Source of the DNA: a virus
Reading direction: 5' to 3' (one strand)
Length of the DNA: 64,000 bases
IMG/VR virus record: IMGVR_UViG_3300027967_000093
Shown here: in pieces, positions 20,501 through 29,539 of the stretch
Numbering within the stretch: the first letter of the stretch is position 1
How the letters are laid out: each line of letters begins with the position of its first letter
Position numbers and translations under genes: made by a program
The notes under the pieces: generated by a model
Database searches by the model: none
What the model was told of the DNA's origin: nothing
The model's input: the letters and a program-made list of their open reading frames with translations, nothing else

Positions 20501-23474
20501 TGAATTTGACCTTAAACACGCACTCAACTGGAACAACTCGGAAAACGAGTGGTTCGGTGTCGACCCATCTGACCTCGAGGCCGGTGATGCTGCTACGTCA
20601 TTCGTAAGTGGTACATCTACTGTTGTCACTCACAACTCTCTTGACACTGTCCTAATTGGTACAGAAACTACCGAGAAACTTGGTGAGTGGGTTAAGGTTG
20701 GTAACGTCACTGATGTTGAAACTCTGTATACCGAGACTGTAGAAATTTCACGTGAACGCGAAGAAGAGATTTCTCGTACTGCGATAGATTCATGGTGGGA
20801 CGAGTATGGTTACTATAGTAACAATTGGAATTTTTATGGTGATAATCAATATTATAATAGCAGTTACTTCTCCGGTCTAAATTGGAGTTGGTGGTGGTGG
20901 GCTGGTGAAGAAGTCACAACTGACATGTGGGATGTTGTTACGTCCGAGACACGTGACCGTGTAAAAACCACCAACACTTCTACATATGAAACTACTAAGA
21001 CTATTCAGACTGAAAATACGTATGAAGGTACTGCTGAGGTTGTTACTTCAACTTCAACATCAAATACCGTCAACCGTATTGCGAGCGAATCAACTATACG
21101 TGACGTAGTCGGTAAGAAAGTTATTGATGTATCGGTCATTCCTTTCATGCGTTCAATCGAAATTCGATTCAAGGCTGAAGGTCTTCGTCCTAATACACAG
21201 TACTTCCCATTCTTTGATGGGTCTAACGTATCTTCATTCTGTAGAGAAGTTGCTACTCACCAATCGTTCTCTGATAATAAATACACCACTGCACAAGGTA
21301 CTGGTGATGGTGAAGGTACTCAACGTACTACCCAAGAACATAGTGATGGTAAAGGTAACCTAGTATCTGATGCTGAAGGTACTATCATCGGTTCTTTCGA
21401 AGTACCGAATAACGTTGCAATGCGTTTCCATACTGGACAACGTGAGTTTGTACTATTAGACGTAAATGCGCACGACTTCGGTGGTGCAATGTCTTATGCA
21501 CGTGCAATGTTCTACTCACAAGGTGTACTTGAAGAGTATGAAGATGAAGTTAAACTAACTCGTGTACTTAAAGTTGTTGGTAGTCAAGATACTGAGATTG
21601 ACCGTAGTGTGGATGTCCAATCTACTGTGTGGACAGAAACTCTTATTGATACTGAGATTGCAACTGACGTTAAGTCAAGTAACACTGTTACTACTCTTGT
21701 TACCGATACAACAACTACAAGAGAACATGTTGGAACAGACGTTGCTTATGACTATAATTATTGGGATTGGATCACTCCTGTCGACCATACAACTGATACA
21801 ACAACTCCGGCTGGTGCAACTGTTCAAGGTACACCAAACTCTGCGAGTTCTGTGCAGTATGACCCAGGCAACCGTGGTTCTGGTCACGCGCAAATAAACT
21901 TCTATGCAGATCCACTTGCACAGACCTTCTTGATAACACAAAATAGTGGTGTGTTTGTTACTTCGATGGAGTTCTACTTCTCGAGTAAGGCAGACACTGC
22001 ACCTGTATTCTGTGAGATTCGTCCTACAGTAAATGGTGTTCCGTCTTCTAGTAAGATTATTGCATACACCAAATTGTCACCTAGTCAAGTTAACTTGGTA
22101 CCTGCGGGTGCGAATAACAAGACTATGTTGCAGAATGGTACTACCTTTACCTTTGACTCTCCTGTGTATCTTGCACAAGGTGAGTATGCGATGGTATTGC
22201 GTCCAGGCAACAATGACCCTAGTTACAACGTTTATGTTGGTACTGTGGGTGAACGTCAACTTGGTTCTTCGGAAGCATTTATTTCACAACAACCTACTCT
22301 GGGTGGATTCTTTAAGTCTCAGAATGGTAAGTTGTGGGAACCTTCTTCTGGTCAAGATTTGTCATATAGAATCAATGTTGCACAGTTTGTATCTTCTGGT
22401 AACGCAATCCTCGAGAATGCTAACATTCCTCCGGTTGCATTGTCAAGAGACCCACTAGTAGTTGATTCTGGTTCTAACTCTGTACGAGTAATGTTGAAAG
22501 GTCATGGTCTCCGTGATGGTGACAAGACTTGGATTCGTGGTATTGACTCTGCGACTGACTTTGGTAACGGACTGACAGGTGCGGATGTAAATGGTGTACG
22601 TACTGTTATCGACTATGATAACTCTGGTTACACTTATCAAGCAACTTCTTCTGCAACTTCACGTAAGTGGTTCGGTGGTTCTTCTGTCACTTCACAGAGA
22701 AACATCAACTTTGAAGAACTTCGTCCTGAGATTGATATCACCCAACCAAGTAATACCAATGTGACACTTTCTGCGAAGACAACTTCACAACAGTCATTGG
22801 CTGGTAGTGAGACTCGATTCGTGAAAGAAAGTCAGTATCAAATCATCGAGAACAAGAAGAACAATGTCTTCTCAAGTGCTCGTGCGATTTATAATAGAAG
22901 AACCGAGAATCTTACTGGTGCAGGTAAACTTGCAGGTGAACGTTCTGCGACTGTACAGGTAACAATGAAATCAACTAACCCGTTTGTTTCACCTGTAATT
23001 GATTTACAACGTGCGAAACTGAACTGTGTTCACAACTTGATATCTAAACAAGATTCTTCTGCGACTGATGGTTTCAATGTTCCATTGACTTATATCGGAG
23101 AGAACAATCCTTCTTATGGTACTGAGTCTGCGAAACATATTACTAAGGTAACTACTCTTACCGAAGAGTCAGTTGGTCTGAAGATATTGTTGGCTGCAAA
23201 CAAACCACCACAGTCTGACTTCCTTGTATACTATAGAGTTGCGACTGCGGCAGATAACATTCAGAGTTCACAATGGTTCTTGGTATCACCTGAGAATAAC
23301 TTACAACCAGACACTAACAAAAATGTCTTCCGTGAGTATCGTTATCTGGTAGGTGGTGACGGTGGAACTATGAGACCATTCACTAAATTCCAAGTTAAGA
23401 TTGTGATGAGGTCTACTAGTTCTGCTAAAGTCCCATCGTTCCGTGACTTGAGGATTATATCACTGGCAGTATAA
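17583..23474 (+). CDS. Large virion structural protein (VrlC-like / DUF4815-type)
   Basis: Y.DDY....NY.RILF..GRALQARELTQLQ, PGADRY.I, GYTM.DI..LE..V..LE..T.LSLLE, GFFVDNF and DPLAQTF motifs. Confidence 0.8.
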   Translation: MPNTFTEQTFRSTYKDDYKDSDNYSRILFNAGRALQARELTQLQTIIQSEIKRFADNIFQKDGVPVSAGGVSINNSYAFIKISNDQNNSFDDVSALKGVVLTGADSSIKVKVYEAVASENGDPDTLYVQYTENPNTISPSTTYNSATRVTPGEILSNGSNINLTVQTTNTAANPAIGFGSNLSIGESQFYVKGHFVFVPKQSIFLAKYERSKTADLGFKLVQDIVTVSDTDTLYDNQNATPNRSSPGADRYRIRLVLARRDEVTSGDTFVYFCRVEGGVITHQLTSSENYNQIKEFVATRIKEINGDFIKKYWKLRVEPNGSNANSTLMLRIDPGTAYIEGKRVATTVTRSLPIPKATDTITRDEEQIGLDYGNYYYWDSGVGMLDIDTAEQVVLYAGFDGADSAIGTANIRAITEGTNALRTGGYTYTRSPLYKAHLFNIHRTNFNHTLRDVKSVKSNTNTHLINLVQVADSSAYIGSVLHEPKQNALIFDTPLSRPKGFTDVSMTFMKKYNFTADGENHTITLTDSGESFNREADILVASATEFAPAGVSGSIQSGNKDIVFSGLTNGVAYEAIVFVRKTNASVKTKTLTETTITTSLDSNGAGIKGINLSQSDIYSIERVRKNDSDGEDIFPHFMFDAGHHVTHYDDGRLVWSGGGIDSANQPIFVRFKYFEHSVSGQFFAVNSYDGQLDYLDIPAQKLDNGNKVSLRDVIDFRPATDGSGSYSGGTVCPLPVPADTIEVDAEYYLPRADRLVISKDGEIRYITGSSSLNPKYPDVPVDCIDLYKVRLNPNTLHSQDLKTTLIPRKGYTMADINKLEEKVDRLEEMTTLSLLELNTKFLSVLDSAGNDRTKAGFFVDNFKNHQHSQTTSPEYRAAIDKRSLLLRPTFVEDCADLFYDSGNAGQLRTIKKDDFLMLDYSNVAYESQELASSTENLAPFFVPQTVGNLLLSPETDSWKETDKIGETVVGRSTEFDLKHALNWNNSENEWFGVDPSDLEAGDAATSFVSGTSTVVTHNSLDTVLIGTETTEKLGEWVKVGNVTDVETLYTETVEISREREEEISRTAIDSWWDEYGYYSNNWNFYGDNQYYNSSYFSGLNWSWWWWAGEEVTTDMWDVVTSETRDRVKTTNTSTYETTKTIQTENTYEGTAEVVTSTSTSNTVNRIASESTIRDVVGKKVIDVSVIPFMRSIEIRFKAEGLRPNTQYFPFFDGSNVSSFCREVATHQSFSDNKYTTAQGTGDGEGTQRTTQEHSDGKGNLVSDAEGTIIGSFEVPNNVAMRFHTGQREFVLLDVNAHDFGGAMSYARAMFYSQGVLEEYEDEVKLTRVLKVVGSQDTEIDRSVDVQSTVWTETLIDTEIATDVKSSNTVTTLVTDTTTTREHVGTDVAYDYNYWDWITPVDHTTDTTTPAGATVQGTPNSASSVQYDPGNRGSGHAQINFYADPLAQTFLITQNSGVFVTSMEFYFSSKADTAPVFCEIRPTVNGVPSSSKIIAYTKLSPSQVNLVPAGANNKTMLQNGTTFTFDSPVYLAQGEYAMVLRPGNNDPSYNVYVGTVGERQLGSSEAFISQQPTLGGFFKSQNGKLWEPSSGQDLSYRINVAQFVSSGNAILENANIPPVALSRDPLVVDSGSNSVRVMLKGHGLRDGDKTWIRGIDSATDFGNGLTGADVNGVRTVIDYDNSGYTYQATSSATSRKWFGGSSVTSQRNINFEELRPEIDITQPSNTNVTLSAKTTSQQSLAGSETRFVKESQYQIIENKKNNVFSSARAIYNRRTENLTGAGKLAGERSATVQVTMKSTNPFVSPVIDLQRAKLNCVHNLISKQDSSATDGFNVPLTYIGENNPSYGTESAKHITKVTTLTEESVGLKILLAANKPPQSDFLVYYRVATAADNIQSSQWFLVSPENNLQPDTNKNVFREYRYLVGGDGGTMRPFTKFQVKIVMRSTSSAKVPSFRDLRIISLAV

Positions 23475-23475
23475 T

Positions 23476-23709
23476 ATGAAACAGAGACAATTGACAGCAG
23501 TAAAAGATGAACCCGACTTTGCGAGAGATCCTGAGTCGGGTGCCATAATTAATATAAATAGAACTGAGATACAGAATGCACGTGAAGCGAAAAAACACAG
23601 AAAGCGCAAAGCACAAGAAGAAAGAAATCTGAAAGACAAGGTGAATAATCTCGAGAATGATATGAGAGATATAAAATCCTTACTTTCCCAACTAGTAGAG
23701 AAACTATAG
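23476..23709 (+). CDS. Small conserved protein after the VrlC-like gene (coiled-coil C-terminus)
   Basis: RDP.SGAIIN motif and LEND..DIK.LL..L coiled coil. Tightly packed between its neighbours. Confidence 0.7.
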   Translation: MKQRQLTAVKDEPDFARDPESGAIININRTEIQNAREAKKHRKRKAQEERNLKDKVNNLENDMRDIKSLLSQLVEKL

Positions 23710-26613
23710 ATGGCACGTCCTTTTACAAAACTAAGTGACTCGTTCAAGATTTTACGGGATAATGTTAATACTATCTCGTATAATGTTGGTGACCCTGACG
23801 ACCTAAACACCTATGGTGATAGTGATGTCGTTCAGGCAATCAATGAAATCGAACGTGTCTTCGATGCCTCTGCGGGTGAAATCCTATATCCTACTGGTGC
23901 AGCAGGTGAAACTCAAACTCGACTCCTTATTAGTACCGCACAATCAAGTGGTACAGATATCCAGTTTAATGTTGGTGCAAACTTCAACATTGATGCAGTA
24001 GGTGACATCAACTTAGATGCCGGTGGCGCGAACATCAACTTCCTTGATGATTCTTCTAACCGTATTGCATTTACTTTGGGTGCGACTAACACTGTTGGTG
24101 TGACTGGTGTACTTGACCTTGATGTCTCTTCTAATCTCGACATCGATGTGTCTGGTAATACGACTCTTACCTCCACCGGCACAACTACTATCGAAACAAC
24201 TACATTCACTGTAGACGCGTCCGGAGATGTAATCCTTGACGCAGACGGTGGAAATGTAACATTCAAAGATGGTGGAACTACAGACTATAACTTTGCAACT
24301 GATGGTACAGTTTCTCGTACCGGAGACTTGACATTTGACATCTCGGGTGATATAATCCTTGATGCAGATGGCGGGAACATTACATACAAAGATGGTGGAA
24401 CTGATCGTATAGCATATATGATGGGTACAACCAACACTGCGGCTGTAACTGGTAACCTTACCTATGACGTTTCGGGTGATATTGTACTCGATGCGGGAAC
24501 CAATAACGTAGACCTAAAAGGTGCAGGAACTACTCGTTTCGCATACGGACTTGGTACGTCTAATACCCTAGACGTTACAGGTAATCTTACACAAACTGTC
24601 TCAGGTAACTTCTCAGACAGTGCTGATGGTACTTATCATATAGGTGCGACTGGTCTTGTAGATGTTATTACTTCTGGTAACTTCGACACTACCTCGAACC
24701 AACAAACACATTCTACCACTGGTAACTTCACTATCGATGCCGGTGGTGATATTATACTAGATGCGGATGGTGCGGATATAAGTTTCAAGGATGACGGAAC
24801 TACTCGTTTCCAATATAACCTTGGTACAACTAACACTATCACCACAACTGGTGCTATCGACCACAATGTATCAGGTGGATATGACATCGATGTTAACGGT
24901 GCGTTTGAAGTTGATGCGAATGGTTCCATCACTATGGATGCGACTGGTGACTTTGATATCAAAGGTTCTGGTACAACTCGTTTTGCATATGGTCTTGGTA
25001 CATCAAACACATTAGACGTTACAGGTAATCTCACTCAAACAGTATCAGGTAACTATTCTGATTCTGCTAATGGCACATACCACATTGGTGCGACTGGTGC
25101 TACCGACATTCAAACGTCTGGTACATTCCAAACTAATACTGGTGCACAGACTCATACTGTTACTGGTGCATACACCGTTGACGCATCTACTGATATTGTC
25201 CTTGATGCAGATGGTGCAAATGTCACTCTGAAAGATGGGGGTGCGACTCGATTCGACTTCCAAATGGGTGCGAACCAAGAACTAGACATTCCTACTGGCA
25301 ACTTCACTTTAGATGTTGCGGGTAATATTGTACTAGACGCAGACGGTGCGAACATCGACTTTCAAGACGGTGGTGTTGCACGATTCGAATATGGTCTAGG
25401 TACAACTAACACTTTAGATATCTCAGGTAACTTAACTCAGTCTGTATCGGGTGACCACACTGACAGTGCAGATGGTATTCGTACTATCAATGCAACTGAC
25501 GGTCTTACTTTCGAAGCAACACACGGCCCACTAACGGTTACTGCAAGTGGTAATGGTACTGTGTCGGTAGGTGGTAACTACCTAGTAGATGCAGAAGGTG
25601 ATATTACACTTGATGCAAACGGTGCAGATATTGTATTTAAAGATGCGGGTGTTACAGAACTAACATTCAACTTAGACTCTGACCAAACTATTGAAGCACG
25701 AAATAGTCTGATTCTTGATGCCGACCAAGATATTACTCTTGAAGCGAACGGTAAAGATATCAACTTCAACGATGGTACTCAGAACAACTTTGTATTCAAC
25801 CTTGGTACTAACCAAGAAGTTGATGTTGTAGGTAATCTAACTGTAGATGTTGCGGGTGATATTACACTTGATGCAGGTGGTACTCAGGTAAACCTTGCAG
25901 ACGGAACCGCAAACCGTATTGTTCACAACCTTGGTACAAACCAAGAGATTGACTATACTGGTGACCTTACCCAAGACATTGGTGGTGATTTAATCATTGA
26001 TGTTGATGGTGGAGATGTTTACCTCAAAGATGCAGGTACTCAGTTCGGTCGTCTGAAGAATACTAGTAACCAACTAGACATTTACTCTGGCTCTACTCTT
26101 GCACTTGAGATGACTGCGAATACTATCGAAGTTCATAACCGTGCATTGTTCTTAGACTCTGCACTAGATACTGTTGCATCAAATGTTGCAGGTTCTATTA
26201 ATGAAATTCATACAGAACTCGATTCTGCATCTGGTGAGATAGAGTCTGTCAAAGATACTATCGAACAGATGTTGAAAACATTTGATTCGGGTGGAACTAG
26301 TGCAAACATTTCTGCGACTGGTATCTCTACTCTCAATACTCTCGATAAGACTTTTGTTGGTGGTATCAACGAGATTGATACTCGACTAGATTCTGCGGTT
26401 GATGAAATTCAAGTCGTAAAAAGTAGAGTCACAAGTAATGCCACAGACATTCTAAACTTGAGTAATCGAGTTGGTCAGTTGAATACACTTGACAGTTCTG
26501 CGCCAGGCAACTTCTTCGAAGGTATAAATAACGATAGTATAGTAAACGCGATAAACGAATTAGCAAGAAGAACTGTCCTAATCTATGATGAGAACGGTAC
26601 TCTTCTGAACTAA
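23710..26613 (+). CDS. Fibre-like virion protein with about 12 DI.LDA[DGN]G..[IV].FKD repeats
   Basis: Repeated beta motifs and four [AGS]INE[IL] motifs. Ends IYDENGTLLN. Confidence 0.75.
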   Translation: MARPFTKLSDSFKILRDNVNTISYNVGDPDDLNTYGDSDVVQAINEIERVFDASAGEILYPTGAAGETQTRLLISTAQSSGTDIQFNVGANFNIDAVGDINLDAGGANINFLDDSSNRIAFTLGATNTVGVTGVLDLDVSSNLDIDVSGNTTLTSTGTTTIETTTFTVDASGDVILDADGGNVTFKDGGTTDYNFATDGTVSRTGDLTFDISGDIILDADGGNITYKDGGTDRIAYMMGTTNTAAVTGNLTYDVSGDIVLDAGTNNVDLKGAGTTRFAYGLGTSNTLDVTGNLTQTVSGNFSDSADGTYHIGATGLVDVITSGNFDTTSNQQTHSTTGNFTIDAGGDIILDADGADISFKDDGTTRFQYNLGTTNTITTTGAIDHNVSGGYDIDVNGAFEVDANGSITMDATGDFDIKGSGTTRFAYGLGTSNTLDVTGNLTQTVSGNYSDSANGTYHIGATGATDIQTSGTFQTNTGAQTHTVTGAYTVDASTDIVLDADGANVTLKDGGATRFDFQMGANQELDIPTGNFTLDVAGNIVLDADGANIDFQDGGVARFEYGLGTTNTLDISGNLTQSVSGDHTDSADGIRTINATDGLTFEATHGPLTVTASGNGTVSVGGNYLVDAEGDITLDANGADIVFKDAGVTELTFNLDSDQTIEARNSLILDADQDITLEANGKDINFNDGTQNNFVFNLGTNQEVDVVGNLTVDVAGDITLDAGGTQVNLADGTANRIVHNLGTNQEIDYTGDLTQDIGGDLIIDVDGGDVYLKDAGTQFGRLKNTSNQLDIYSGSTLALEMTANTIEVHNRALFLDSALDTVASNVAGSINEIHTELDSASGEIESVKDTIEQMLKTFDSGGTSANISATGISTLNTLDKTFVGGINEIDTRLDSAVDEIQVVKSRVTSNATDILNLSNRVGQLNTLDSSAPGNFFEGINNDSIVNAINELARRTVLIYDENGTLLN

Positions 26614-26627
26614 CAGTAGGAAGTAGA

Positions 26628-29495
26628 ATGTCAGATAATAAGGCATTACCGTTAAAGTTAAAAGACAGTGATGGTAATCTCCAACAGATAACTGCATCGG
26701 AAAAGAACTATGTTGCTTACCTTGCGGGTCTCCAAACCGCACAAGCAGATAGTTCTGATGTAGGACTTCTTACACTCTCATCGGGTGGGAATCGTCTCAT
26801 CGGTTCTCTAACCGATACCTATTACCCTGAACCTGTTGGGACTCACCCATACAACCAAACATCTGTTGTTACCACAACAACAAACATGTATCAGATAAAC
26901 GGTACTGTACTTGAAAATGACAGTGACTGGAGAAAACCAGTAGGTCATTATGATGGTAATGTTTATGAGATGTCAGAGACTGACTTAAATACTTTCGTTG
27001 ATGACCTCAATGGACGTATTGCATTATCAGACTATCCTGGCTCACTGAAATTATCTTCTACACGTCCAAGTGCAGACTATGATATTCTTATCCCGAGTGT
27101 ACTGACCGACCAACGTGCAGATTCTTCTGGTTCTCCTTTTACTGTAAATGATTATAGTATCTGGCGCAGAACTAGTATGACCGCCCCCACATCTATTCGG
27201 GATGACCTGAATGGTGTGAGTAGTATTGTTGGTATCAAAAGAAGTTTCGGTGACAGTGGTGACTACCAAGGTCTGACTAAACTTACTGATCGTCAAGTTC
27301 AAGTAACTATTGGTCAACGTGCAAAGACAAGACGTGCGATTGATAACAATGTCGGTTCATACGAATTAAGAACATCTTCTCAGGGTGCACCTGTTGTTGG
27401 TACTTGGAAGAATGTTGGTGCAGCAGTAAATACTATTCGTCTTGTTGACGAACAGAACTATACGCGCACCCGCGTAAGTGCGTACACGCGTGACCGCAAC
27501 TCTGCATATACTCGTGTCAGTTCAAGAACAATCAATAGTTCCTTTGCGGGTAACTATATTGGTAATTATACAAGAGACTTTGCCGGTAACTATACAAGGG
27601 GATTCCTTGGTAATTATGTTGGTGATTTCACTGGTAACTATACTCGTGACTTTGCAGGTAATTATACAAGAGATGTACAAACTAACTTTGCGGGGGATTA
27701 CGTAGGTAATTACTCTCGTGGATTTATCGGAAACTATTCAAGAGATTTTGCAGGTGAATATAGTCGCAACTTCGTAGGTAACTTCCTTGGGGAATATACG
27801 AGAACCTCTACAAGAGGAAGACCATCTGCATTTAGTAGAGTAAGAAGTTCTAACTATTCACGAAACTTTGCGGGTAATTACACTCGTGGATTTATTGGAG
27901 ACTATGCGGGTAACTTCGTAGGGGAATATTTAAGAACCTCTACTCGCACTCGTACTTCTAATTATGCGCGTACCTCAACACGAATCCGAGAATCCGCGTA
28001 TGTTAGAATACGCACATCGATATATGCGGCCGACTATACTCGTACTCGTAATTCTAATTATACTAGAACCAGTACTCGTACTCGTAATTCTAACTATACT
28101 AGAACATCTACTAGAACAAATGCGGCAGATTTCATCGGAAATTATATTCGATTAAGAACCTCTTCGTATACAAGAAATAGTACTAGAACACGTACATCTT
28201 CATATCTAAGAGGATTTACTGGAACTACTGATTATATTGGGAACTACTCTCGTACCGACTTTACCCGAATTAGAATAACTAATATCGAAGGACAAAACTT
28301 CTATTATACTGGTAACTATATCGGCCCAAGTCAGTCTTTCACTGGGAACTTCATAGGTACATCACAATCTGTTCGTTACTCTATGGCCGCAGTTGAGGTT
28401 GGTGTGTATGATGATGAACGTTGGGTAAAAACCAATTACACTTCTTCCGGATATACAACATTCAGTGTATATTGGGGTAATGTTGAAGTGTATAATTCTG
28501 GAGTTCAACCATTATATACTGACAGTACGGTGGCTGTTGCTGGTGGTTATGTTTACAGTAGACAAGGAGACCCCATCACTGGTGGCGGTGGTTCTGGGTT
28601 TAGTTACTCAATATACAATGTAAATCGTAATATTGCTGGTAGTTATACGGGTAATTATATTACCACCCGACAGTCTGCGTTCAGTAGAGGTTTCACCGGA
28701 GACTTTACTGGTAATTATACTCGTAATGTTACCGATGACTATACCAGAACAAGAACTTCTAGTTATGCCGGAGACTTTGTAGGCGACTACACACGTGACT
28801 TCGCAGGTAATTACGTAGGTGATTATACGCGTGACTTCGCAGGTAATTACATTGGCGACTACACTAGAGACTTTAGTGGTGATTATGCACGTGATTTCAT
28901 AGGTAACTACACTGGTGATTATACAAGAGATTTCGCAGGAAATTATGTTGGAGACTATACCCGAGTATCTACTCGAACATCTGCACGTACTAGATTCTCT
29001 GCATATGCTCGTACCCGTGTATCAAACTATTCACGTGACTTCATAGGAAACTACTCAAGAACTTTTGCAGGAGATTATATTGGTGATTATGCCCGTATTT
29101 CTACACGTACTCGAGTAAGTTCATATAGTCGTCTGAGAAATTCTGCATACACTAGAACAAGAACTTCTACATACACTGACAATTACGTTGGAGATTATGT
29201 TGGTAACTTCATCGGTGAATATACGCGTACCAGAAACTCTGCGTTTACTCGTAATGACACCTTAGATTCTACTCGCACTAGAGTATCAACTTATACCAGA
29301 GGTAGAAACTCAGCCTATACCCGAGACTCTACTCGTTCACGTTCATCCAGTTATGTCGGAGAATATACAGGGAACTACTCTAGGGCGTTTGTCGGAAACT
29401 ACTCAAGGTCTTTTGTAGGTGATTATATAGGTCAGACAATTGGTAACACAACTTACGCAGTAGAAACGTATACCTTGTATGTAAGAACTGCATAA
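26628..29495 (+). CDS. Giant tetrapeptide-repeat fibre protein A (955 aa): N-domain, arm 1, tip domain, complementary arm 2
   Basis: About 276-aa N-domain paralogous to that of 29540. Built from xYxR/xFxG/xRxS/xSxR tetrads. Ends ETYTLYVRTA. Confidence 0.85.
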   Translation: MSDNKALPLKLKDSDGNLQQITASEKNYVAYLAGLQTAQADSSDVGLLTLSSGGNRLIGSLTDTYYPEPVGTHPYNQTSVVTTTTNMYQINGTVLENDSDWRKPVGHYDGNVYEMSETDLNTFVDDLNGRIALSDYPGSLKLSSTRPSADYDILIPSVLTDQRADSSGSPFTVNDYSIWRRTSMTAPTSIRDDLNGVSSIVGIKRSFGDSGDYQGLTKLTDRQVQVTIGQRAKTRRAIDNNVGSYELRTSSQGAPVVGTWKNVGAAVNTIRLVDEQNYTRTRVSAYTRDRNSAYTRVSSRTINSSFAGNYIGNYTRDFAGNYTRGFLGNYVGDFTGNYTRDFAGNYTRDVQTNFAGDYVGNYSRGFIGNYSRDFAGEYSRNFVGNFLGEYTRTSTRGRPSAFSRVRSSNYSRNFAGNYTRGFIGDYAGNFVGEYLRTSTRTRTSNYARTSTRIRESAYVRIRTSIYAADYTRTRNSNYTRTSTRTRNSNYTRTSTRTNAADFIGNYIRLRTSSYTRNSTRTRTSSYLRGFTGTTDYIGNYSRTDFTRIRITNIEGQNFYYTGNYIGPSQSFTGNFIGTSQSVRYSMAAVEVGVYDDERWVKTNYTSSGYTTFSVYWGNVEVYNSGVQPLYTDSTVAVAGGYVYSRQGDPITGGGGSGFSYSIYNVNRNIAGSYTGNYITTRQSAFSRGFTGDFTGNYTRNVTDDYTRTRTSSYAGDFVGDYTRDFAGNYVGDYTRDFAGNYIGDYTRDFSGDYARDFIGNYTGDYTRDFAGNYVGDYTRVSTRTSARTRFSAYARTRVSNYSRDFIGNYSRTFAGDYIGDYARISTRTRVSSYSRLRNSAYTRTRTSTYTDNYVGDYVGNFIGEYTRTRNSAFTRNDTLDSTRTRVSTYTRGRNSAYTRDSTRSRSSSYVGEYTGNYSRAFVGNYSRSFVGDYIGQTIGNTTYAVETYTLYVRTA
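27456..28223 (+). repeat. Fibre A arm 1: 64 in-phase tetrapeptide (12-nt) units
   Basis: NYTR TRVS AYTR DRNS ... SYLR GFTG parses without phase breaks. Confidence 0.9.
28665..29432 (+). repeat. Fibre A arm 2: 64 tetrapeptide units complementary (antiparallel) to arm 1
   Basis: TRQS AFSR GFTG ... SFVG DYIG. Confidence 0.9.
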
Positions 29496-29510
29496 ATAGA
29501 CTTATAAATA
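29491..29510 (+). promoter_or_regulatory. Tandem late promoters CATAAATA (29491-29498) and TATAAATA (29503-29510)
   Basis: Both lie directly upstream of the GTG start at 29540. Confidence 0.75.
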
Positions 29511-29539
29511 CAAACATTAAGTCTAAGAGAGTATGATCT

